45,798 nt of DNA from a virus (lineage: Duplodnaviria > Caudoviricetes): positions 1 through 45,798 of IMG/VR virus record IMGVR_UViG_3300031890_000019; one strand, given 5' to 3'. Positions 19,140-25,657 of this stretch are shown here, piece after piece. The position numbers and the translations under genes were made by a program. Numbering within the stretch: the first letter of the stretch is position 1; every line of letters starts with the position of its first letter. The notes under the pieces are model-generated. The model saw nothing but the letters and a program-made list of their open reading frames with translations. It was not told where the DNA came from and ran no database searches.

Positions 19140-19580
19140 TCAATGCTGCGTAGCGCGTTCTATGGCAGCTTCGATAGGGTGAGGCTCCTCCTCATTCGGC
19201 CTGTGTTTCTGCCCGCCTTCCTCGGCGGTGAACATTCCTTCCGGAGCAATGCGTTCAAAGTCGGTGCATTCCGCGAGGTAATAATGCAAATCCTCCCACA
19301 GCACGCGGGCCTTCATGGGATCGGCTTTGGCCTTGCTGTAGAGCCGTGCTGCAATGCGAGCTGCGGGAATATTCACGCCCTGGTCTTGGGCGCGTTTCGT
19401 GGCCGTCGAGAGTTCCTGGCCCGCCTCGCTGGTCGCGTTCTTGGTAGCGATGACCTCGGTGATGAAAGCTTTGACCGCCGCCACTGGCGCGAGTTGGCGG
19501 ATATGATCGCCTTCCGGCTCCTTCCGCCGTCCCTTTTTGGCTGATTTTGCTGGCTTTTTCGAGAGTTTCGGCTTCGCCAT
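19140..19580 (-). CDS. GapR/DUF2312-like nucleoid-associated protein (divergent)
   Basis: VKAFITEV...ELSTATKRAQDQGVNIPAARIAARL...LHYYL parallels the GapR pattern FIERIE...AK..GFD...LR.....LY. Confidence 0.45.
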   Translation of the reverse strand: MAKPKLSKKPAKSAKKGRRKEPEGDHIRQLAPVAAVKAFITEVIATKNATSEAGQELSTATKRAQDQGVNIPAARIAARLYSKAKADPMKARVLWEDLHYYLAECTDFERIAPEGMFTAEEGGQKHRPNEEEPHPIEAAIERATQH

Positions 19581-19657
19581 AACGGCCTCCGCTAGTGGTG
19601 TGAGGCCGGGAGGATACTACATATTGCGAGCGAAACGCGGGGAAAAATTCCCGACCG

Positions 19658-19687
19658 TGTGTTGCAAAAATAATTTTTGACAACACA
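19658..19687. promoter_or_regulatory. inverted repeat in the divergent promoter region
   Basis: TGTGTTG-CAAAAA-TAA-TTTTTG-A-CAACACA between the leftward and rightward operons. Confidence 0.45.
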
Positions 19688-19714
19688 ATAGGCACCAATC
19701 GATTCGGAGGCACC

Positions 19715-19921
19715 ATGCTCGCTCGGCTGGACGACGAGTGGCGGGAATGTCAGCACCACATAAAGGAATGCGAGCGCAGAGCCGCAGATCCTTTGGTCCC
19801 GCCAATCTGTCGCAGAGACTTTGAGTACCTGGCGGAAAGTTGGCGTCGCCTCGCCCGCTCTCTGGAATTTGCCGTGAGGGTTAGCGCCTACATCGAGTGG
19901 TCAGCACAGCGGATCAAATAG
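19715..19921 (+). CDS. hypothetical protein
   Basis: GGAGG RBS; first gene of the rightward operon. Confidence 0.5.
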   Translation: MLARLDDEWRECQHHIKECERRAADPLVPPICRRDFEYLAESWRRLARSLEFAVRVSAYIEWSAQRIK

Positions 19922-19931
19922 GGGGAAGGCG

Positions 19932-20924
19932 ATGCTAGTAAAGACGATCACCGCATTGAACGTGCAGGAGTGGGATGGCGAGCCAATCAAGAGGCCGGGA
20001 ATTTACTCTGGTATCCCGCTCGATCTCTATCATTCGGCAGAGATTTGTGTTGAACCGAGCATATCGTCTTCGGGATTGCGCTTGATCTACAGTCCATTCC
20101 CGTGGGTGAAGGCGAGCCCCGCGCATTATTGGTGCCAGAGCCCGTACAATCCCGATGCCGAAGAAGATGTGGACGAGAAGGAAGCGTTCATTCTTGGCCG
20201 CGCCGCACATCATCTGCTGTTTGGCGAAGCGGCATTCGATGAACTCTTTGTCGTGCGACCGGCCACCATCAACGGCGAGGCGTGGCACGGCAACAAAACT
20301 ATCTGCAAGCTGTGGCTGGAAAAGCAGCGTGACGCCGGTCTCTGCGTTCTCACGCCGGATCATCTGAAACGCATCAAGGGAATTGCGCGTGAGCTAGCGA
20401 AAGAGCCGCTGATAAATGATCCGGAAGGAAAGCGATCCGGCATTCTGAACGGCTACATCGAGCATTCGTGGTTCTTCAAGCATCGTACCGGAGTCTGGAT
20501 CAAGGTGCGGCCCGACGCGACGCCGAATGACAGTCTGGATTTTGTCGATCTTAAACTCACCAGATCGATCCTGTGGCCCGACATGCAACGCACGATCCGC
20601 GACTACGGCTATTGGATGCAAGCCGGGCTCACGGCGATGGCCGTGAAGGCGATCCTCGGCCAGCCAGTCAACTCCTATTCGTATGTATTTGCCGAGAACG
20701 CGGAGCCGCATTGCATCGATTTCGTCACGCTCAAAGAGAATGAGATTGGTCGAGGCGTCCAAGCCTGCGAGATTGCGATCAGCATCTTCGCCAAGTGTAT
20801 GCGCGAGAGGCGATGGCCTGGGCCGCGCGGCGACCGTGCCGATGCGCAGTTTATTGAGATGCAAGAGGCAGATCAAAAACGAATTGACGAAACCCTAGCG
20901 CAGGATCGGAGGAATAGTAAATGA
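19932..20924 (+). CDS. RecE/exonuclease VIII-like PD-(D/E)XK nuclease (DUF3799 type)
   Basis: PGIY.GIP...YH, ISSSGL, GRAAH, KVRPD, VDLK, YGY.MQA motifs. Confidence 0.9.
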   Translation: MLVKTITALNVQEWDGEPIKRPGIYSGIPLDLYHSAEICVEPSISSSGLRLIYSPFPWVKASPAHYWCQSPYNPDAEEDVDEKEAFILGRAAHHLLFGEAAFDELFVVRPATINGEAWHGNKTICKLWLEKQRDAGLCVLTPDHLKRIKGIARELAKEPLINDPEGKRSGILNGYIEHSWFFKHRTGVWIKVRPDATPNDSLDFVDLKLTRSILWPDMQRTIRDYGYWMQAGLTAMAVKAILGQPVNSYSYVFAENAEPHCIDFVTLKENEIGRGVQACEIAISIFAKCMRERRWPGPRGDRADAQFIEMQEADQKRIDETLAQDRRNSK

Positions 20925-21355
20925 TGGCGGCCCTTCATCGATTGAAACCCAAGAAGCGGATACTGCCATCGCGGGCCGACTACTACTCCCTTGTCAACCT
21001 GGCGACGAATGTCGGCCCACCCTTTGACGGCGGCCACCTCAGGAGTGTGACCCAATGTTGCATTGCCGCCATCAACGGGCCGACCAAAAACCGATTGCTC
21101 GCCAAAGATCGCAAGTCGGCCCGATCTTTTTTGGACGGCAACCACGTACATTCTGAACCCCATGTTCAAGGTGTTGCTGTCCGGGCCGACCACTTTGTTG
21201 GTGCAATCCATATCTCGGATGTCGGCCCGATCTTTTCGACGGCCACTAGGCGCTTGTTCACCAGGAGCATCGTGCCGTCATGCGGGCCGACCAGAACAGT
21301 GGTGCCAACCATTCCCCCGCTGTCGGCCCGTCCTTTTCAAAATAGGAGAGTGTGA
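20921..21355 (+). CDS. ORF spanning the entire TIGR array (may be translated; protein function doubtful)
   Basis: GGAGG at 20908-20912, ATGA overlap with the recE stop, and its TGA overlaps the next start. Confidence 0.3.
   Translation: MMAALHRLKPKKRILPSRADYYSLVNLATNVGPPFDGGHLRSVTQCCIAAINGPTKNRLLAKDRKSARSFLDGNHVHSEPHVQGVAVRADHFVGAIHISDVGPIFSTATRRLFTRSIVPSCGPTRTVVPTIPPLSARPFQNRRV
20923..21330 (+). ncRNA. TIGR-type stem-loop guide array, 8 units
   Basis: Each unit is stem-CCA-N9-TG-N4-CCA-N9-TG-stem, e.g. GGGCCGA CCA CTTTGTTGG TG CAAT CCA TATCTCGGA TG TCGGCCC. Units at 20923, 20973, 21024, 21076, 21133, 21183, 21238, 21283. Confidence 0.9.
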
Positions 21356-22122
21356 TGAAAGAGAAAGAGAAAGAAACTGCGATGTCCGCCGCGATGAAAC
21401 GCGCCGGTCTAAATGTTGTAACGTCGGCACTCTATGTCGCCGCCGTCGAAGCCCTGCGTGAACGCTCGCTACCGGAGGCGCTGCGGATATTCACCAAACA
21501 ACTGCTGGCGAAACGGCAATTGTTAGACGCACTTGCCTTGCCATATCTGCAGGACGTGGCGAGCGATATGAAAAAGCCCGGCCATTCAAGCAATGATGAA
21601 ACCACAACACCGGCGCCGGGCCTAAGTGGCGGCCCTTTGGCTGATGAAGCCCCCAAACATGCTGCCGCCAAGGACGACCGCCAACCGCCGGCTGCGACCC
21701 AATGGACCACTGCGGTCGTCCCCCCTATTTCCTCGAAGCGCCGCGACGCCGCCAAGCGTGCCGCCCGTGCCGAGATTGATGCGCTAGATCCGATTTTCAA
21801 AATACGCCGGATTAGCGGCACCTACATCGGCAATTTGAGATGGCGCGAATTGCAGGAAATCGCGCGTCGCAATTCATGGACCGCCGCCAAGGCACTTGAA
21901 CGCGGCACCATCGCGACGGAGAACGTCTTTCTCTGCATGAAGATTTTGAACTATGCCAAGCCGGTTGACCCTGACGCGCGTGTTCACAACATCGTGCCGC
22001 CCGCCAAGCTCTTGACGTTCATGAATGAAATCAGGATCGAGGTGCCACAGTTCATTGCCAAAGCGGAAGAAGAACACGCTCGCAGAACGCTCAATCACAG
22101 GGAGATTCAACATGCGAGCTAA
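21352..22122 (+). CDS. uncharacterised Tas-associated protein containing 3 in-frame TIGR units
   Basis: AGGAG RBS; helical N- and C-terminal parts with a low-complexity linker encoded by the units at 21576-21721. Confidence 0.7.
   Translation: MMKEKEKETAMSAAMKRAGLNVVTSALYVAAVEALRERSLPEALRIFTKQLLAKRQLLDALALPYLQDVASDMKKPGHSSNDETTTPAPGLSGGPLADEAPKHAAAKDDRQPPAATQWTTAVVPPISSKRRDAAKRAARAEIDALDPIFKIRRISGTYIGNLRWRELQEIARRNSWTAAKALERGTIATENVFLCMKILNYAKPVDPDARVHNIVPPAKLLTFMNEIRIEVPQFIAKAEEEHARRTLNHREIQHAS
21576..21721 (+). ncRNA. 3 TIGR units embedded in a CDS
   Basis: e.g. GGACGACCG CCA ACCGCCGGC TG CGAC CCA ATGGACCAC TG CGGTCGTCC (21672-21721); others at 21576-21621 (6-nt loop) and 21627-21670. Confidence 0.8.
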
Positions 22123-23269
22123 GAAAAGCCGAAGCCACCCCGGCGCTGATGCCCTGGGAGACCATGCTTCGGTTTCTAAGCGGGCCAGCCTATCTCTGAA
22201 ACCCACAGGAAGCCTGCTCGCATCTGACGGCCAGGAACGTGCTAATCTCCTCCAGCCGAGTGCCGTCAGCGGCCCAAAGGTAACTGACAACCCGTTACCT
22301 GCTGCCAACGACATCGCGGACCAACCACCGCTTGAAACCCAGCCGCCTGATGTCCGCGATGTCGTCCTTTCCATTCGTATCGCACATCGTCGTCGCCGTT
22401 ATGCCTTAAAGCAGCAGCAAGGCGTGGATCGCCGCTGCGAGGGCTATGTCAGATCGAACTACACAAACTGGCACCCTGAAATGAAGGATGATGACCGCGA
22501 GCGTATCCACAAGGAAGTCGAAGCGCATCTGAACCGCGCACGATCCGGCGAGCATGAGGATGCTGGCCTCATTGATCTTGTACGTGTTACCGACGAGATG
22601 CGCGCCCCAGTCGACCGGATTAGGTCACAACAAGAGAAGTTGATGGAGAAGCTAGCGGCGCAACTTCCTGGCTATGACTTTGTAAAATCTGTTTCCGGTG
22701 CTGGTGGTATCGGGTTTGCGACGATTGTTGCGGAATGCTCGGGACTTGATCGCGTGACTGGCGAGATCACGACACTTGATGATTATCCCCATTGGATGAA
22801 GGTGTGGAAGCGGCTCGGCTTCGCGCCTTACGAGGGCTTCGCCGGTTCCACTTGGAAGCGAGAAAAATGGCGACCACGCTCGTTGTCATCGGACGAATGG
22901 ATCAAGAATCCGTTCGCAGGTGAACGCTATGCGTTAATGATTATGATCGCCGATTCCCTGTTTCGTAAGCAGTGGCAAAGTGCCGAGAAGGCTGGCGCAG
23001 ACGAAGGCAAGCCGACCGGCCCTTATGGTCAGTGCTATGCAGATCGGCGGCGAGTAACCGCAGTCACGCATGGCGATTGGAGCAAGCAACACAGTCACCG
23101 TGATGCTCTCAGGGTAATGATGAAACAATATCTGAAAGACCTGTGGAGCGCATGGAGGAAAGATAGCAAGACGGCCGGTCAATATCTGACAGCCACCGAT
23201 CATGTGCCGTCTGCCGCGCCCGGCCAAGCCCCGATTGAAAACCACCGATCAGTTGCCGGGCGCACTTAA
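22112..23269 (+). CDS. TasA-like Nop-domain RNA-binding protein (IS110/Nop-related, no nuclease domain)
   Basis: Coiled coil, then LP.YDFVKSVSGAGGIGFATIVAE, Y....KVWKRLGFAP, and C-terminal H..RDALRVMMKQYLKDLW..W. No DEDD RuvC or HNH domain. GGAG RBS before ATG 22112; flanked by TIGR units. Confidence 0.85.
   Translation: MRAKKSRSHPGADALGDHASVSKRASLSLKPTGSLLASDGQERANLLQPSAVSGPKVTDNPLPAANDIADQPPLETQPPDVRDVVLSIRIAHRRRRYALKQQQGVDRRCEGYVRSNYTNWHPEMKDDDRERIHKEVEAHLNRARSGEHEDAGLIDLVRVTDEMRAPVDRIRSQQEKLMEKLAAQLPGYDFVKSVSGAGGIGFATIVAECSGLDRVTGEITTLDDYPHWMKVWKRLGFAPYEGFAGSTWKREKWRPRSLSSDEWIKNPFAGERYALMIMIADSLFRKQWQSAEKAGADEGKPTGPYGQCYADRRRVTAVTHGDWSKQHSHRDALRVMMKQYLKDLWSAWRKDSKTAGQYLTATDHVPSAAPGQAPIENHRSVAGRT
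22126..22365 (+). ncRNA. 5 TIGR units embedded in the 5' end of the Tas gene
   Basis: Units at 22126, 22180, 22224, 22271, 22308; e.g. ACGACATCGCGGA CCA ACCACCGCT TG AAAC CCA GCCGCCTGA TG TCCGCGATGTCGT. Confidence 0.85.
23169..23263 (+). ncRNA. 2 TIGR units embedded in the 3' end of the Tas gene
   Basis: AGACGG CCG GTCAATATC TG ACAG CCA CCGATCATG TG CCGTCT and GCGCCCGG CCA AGCCCCGAT TG AAAA CCA CCGATCAGT TG CCGGGCGC. Confidence 0.85.
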
Positions 23270-23468
23270 TTTGCGAGGCCCATCCTTTAACCAATTGCAG
23301 AAGCTGATTTACAATCTGAGCTGCTACGTCGGATGCTTCGCCGTGCTGATGCAGTTGGAAGTTGTTTCTTTTGTTGCGATTGGCCTCATGCAGATCACCT
23401 GTCTGATGTTGTTGAAGCGGACGACGCACGGATTGTTGGCCGGGATGCGGGAGCCAGAATGTAGGTGG

Positions 23469-23514
23469 TTAATTTATGATAGCACTTGCTAAAATTTATT
23501 TCTGCGAGCATGAT
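23469..23514 (+). promoter_or_regulatory. operator copy 3 plus sigma70-type promoter for the Cas7-like operon
   Basis: TTAATTTATGATAGCA (23469-23484) immediately before TTGCTA (23486)-N17-CATGAT (23509). Confidence 0.55.
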
Positions 23515-23615
23515 GCCGGTGCCTGTCAGGACTCCAATCAAAATCCGCGCGCGTGATGGCGGCCCCGAGTTTCCCTGACAGGCGGCTCGGGGCCGTTCAC
23601 GCATGGAGAATTACT

Positions 23616-24500
23616 ATGGCTAAAGCAGCTAAAGCGAAGAAGCCGGTCAAGGAAGAAACAGTCATTGAAATTCAGGAGATTCAAACACAGGAAGCCCGGT
23701 TCAATGTCCTCGGCACGTCGCCTCTTATCATGCACCGCTTTCCCTTCAAGGCATGGCAAGAGCTGATCCTGCCTGCCCGCAAAGAGAACCGCGCCGCGTT
23801 GGAGCAGACGCTCAAGCACTTGCCGATTGAGGAATATCGGGAGTCGTTTTATCGCAACAGCAATCCCAAGGCGAAAACGCTCTTTCATGTTCCCAACCGG
23901 ATGTTCGCTTGTGCCATTGCTCAGGCTGCCGTGGATATTCCCGGAGCTGCGCGGGCGCAGATCGAGCGGCTGACGCGGGTCACGGACATCAACATCGAGT
24001 TGTTCGGTGTCCCGCAAATCTTCTGCGCGATGGTTCGCAACTCGGGCATGAACCGAAGCCCCGATGTGCGGACGCGACCGATCTTCCCGCAATGGGGGTG
24101 TCGCGTCACCGTGCGGTTTGTCGTTCCGATCCTGACGGAAAGAAACGTGCTGCATCTGGCAGGAGCGGCGGGACTCATCGTCGGCATCGGCGATTGGCGC
24201 GGCGAGAAGGGCGGCCCTTACGGGGCGTTCCGCATCGTCAGCGATAGTGATCGTGATTTCACTCAGGTGTTGAAACAGGATCGCAGATCACAGCAATCGG
24301 CTTACGACGCGCCGGTCTATCACGACGAGGATACCGAAGCGATCTTGAGCTGGTTCGACGCGGAGCTGCGCCGTCGCGAACAGGACGGCTCGGCGCAACA
24401 GCGGCGGCGGCGCGGTAATGGACCGAAAACAAAGAAGGTCCACGTCGTCGATGGTTCGGAAAAGGATGAAACCTTTATGCGAACGGAGGCCGTGTCGTGA
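23616..24500 (+). CDS. stand-alone Cas7/RAMP-like protein
   Basis: First strand F.VLGTSPLIMH; VP..MF..AI..AA helix; RTRPIFPQW...V.V.F; C-terminal glycine-rich loop AG..VGIGDWRGEKGGPYGAF. GGAG RBS before ATG 23616. Confidence 0.75.
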   Translation: MAKAAKAKKPVKEETVIEIQEIQTQEARFNVLGTSPLIMHRFPFKAWQELILPARKENRAALEQTLKHLPIEEYRESFYRNSNPKAKTLFHVPNRMFACAIAQAAVDIPGAARAQIERLTRVTDINIELFGVPQIFCAMVRNSGMNRSPDVRTRPIFPQWGCRVTVRFVVPILTERNVLHLAGAAGLIVGIGDWRGEKGGPYGAFRIVSDSDRDFTQVLKQDRRSQQSAYDAPVYHDEDTEAILSWFDAELRRREQDGSAQQRRRRGNGPKTKKVHVVDGSEKDETFMRTEAVS

Positions 24501-24991
24501 CGAAACGGGCGGAAGCACTCACCGCCGCGATCCTTGCCTGCCGCGATAAGGATGGAAGGATCACAAAGCGCAGGGTTTTTACTGCGGCCCGCGATGACAA
24601 GAGAAGTCTACTCGGGCGACAGTTTAACTGGAATCTGCGCGAAGCGGCGGAACGACACTGGCTCGACCGTGCTGGCGAACTGATAAAGCAGTACATCACC
24701 ATCACGGTCGTCAACAAAAGCGTGAAAATCAAGTCCGTTGCCTACGTGAGAGACCCAAGACTCCCTGCACGTCAGGAAGGCTTTTGTTCTCTTGCCGACG
24801 TGGCGCAATCCGACGCCGAAAAAATCACGCTGGATGAACTTAACCGTTGCGAGAGCGCAATACTCCGGGCTCGCGCGGTAGTCGGCGTTCTTGACGCGCG
24901 CTTTCCGGGCCTAAGCGACAAACTGGAAAATGCGCTCAGTTTGCTCGTTGAAGCTCGAACTCAAATCAATAGCCGCAGGAAAGCTGCGTAA
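24497..24991 (+). CDS. partner protein translationally coupled to the Cas7-like gene
   Basis: GTGA overlap; G.IT...V..AARD...L...F.W....AA..HWL..A..LI pattern. Confidence 0.7.
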   Translation: MTKRAEALTAAILACRDKDGRITKRRVFTAARDDKRSLLGRQFNWNLREAAERHWLDRAGELIKQYITITVVNKSVKIKSVAYVRDPRLPARQEGFCSLADVAQSDAEKITLDELNRCESAILRARAVVGVLDARFPGLSDKLENALSLLVEARTQINSRRKAA

Positions 24992-25004
24992 TTTTTGTGA
25001 TTTG

Positions 25005-25500
25005 GGTCAGGTATGGCAGGCGTAGGTGGACGAGGACTGAGGAGCCCTTAGCATTGGTGAGTTGGGGGCGGTCTTGGGTCGGAAAGGCAGGTGAGGCGTG
25101 ACGAGGATTGATGAGTCTCGTCTAGGCGGCGTCGGTCGCGGGCGGCAGGTCGGGTCGGTCTTGGTCTGGTCGGTTGGGCGGGATTCGGAAGGATTTGGTG
25201 TGGCAGGCTGGTTATGGAACGGTGCGAAAGGTTGCGGCTGTTCCGGATCTGGCAAGGTGGCGCACGGAAAGGCAGGTGTGGACGGCAAGACCTGTTCGGG
25301 TCGGGCAGTGCTCGGTTGGGCAATACCGATCAGGTGGGGCAGGCAGGTCGTGGCCTGGCGCGTTGCGTTCGGGTCGGGCAGTGCTCGGTTGGGCATGTCC
25401 GTGTTCAGGTCCGTCCGGGCAGGCGAGGCGCGTAAGGCCCGTTGCGGTCAGGCTTGATACGGCTGGCTCCGGCAGGCGGGTCCCGGCAGCGCCCGGTAAA
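25005..25500 (+). repeat. G-rich 5-nt-periodic (GGY-NN) array segmented by GGCAGG; putative guide-RNA array
   Basis: GGCAGG at 25015, 25086, 25144, 25202, 25271, 25338/25342, 25418, 25471. The unit at 25202 reads GGCA + 13 pentamers: GGCTG GTTAT GGAAC GGTGC GAAAG GTTGC GGCTG TTCCG GATCT GGCAA GGTGG CGCAC GGAAA. Confidence 0.8.
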
Positions 25501-25504
25501 GATT

Positions 25505-25538
25505 ACCTAGCGGCGGCGTAAAACCTGCCGCTAGGTTT
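25505..25538 (+). terminator. hairpin closing the main pentamer array
   Basis: ACCTAGCGGCGG-loop-CTGCCGCTAGGT followed by TT. Confidence 0.5.
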
Positions 25539-25657
25539 GATGAAGTGAGGCGAGGCTAGGTCGGACGACTTGCGGCGTGGCGAGGTTTGACGCGAACAAG
25601 TCATGTCATGGCCCGGCCTCACCTGACTTCATTCAATCAAACCAACGGAGGAGAAAC

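Noticed and set aside
20923-23263. Self-targets of TIGR spacers within this window
   Set aside because: Could not be searched reliably by eye; none is claimed.
22025-23269. IS110-family transposase / insertion sequence
   Set aside because: Only the Nop-like C-terminal region is present. There is no DEDD RuvC domain, and the gene is surrounded by dual-spacer units, which fits TasA better.
23109-23492. Small ORFs between tas and the Cas7-like promoter
   Set aside because: No recognisable motif or clear RBS, and they overlap TIGR units or the promoter. A short minus-strand gene cannot be excluded.
20923-25500. Canonical CRISPR array
   Set aside because: Neither array has identical 25-40 nt direct repeats with 30-40 nt spacers, and no cas1/cas2/cas6 gene is present.
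25007-25521. Five overlapping ORFs across the G-rich tract
   Set aside because: Low-complexity Gly/Arg or Pro-rich translations expected from a stop-poor pentamer repeat; no RBS or protein motif.
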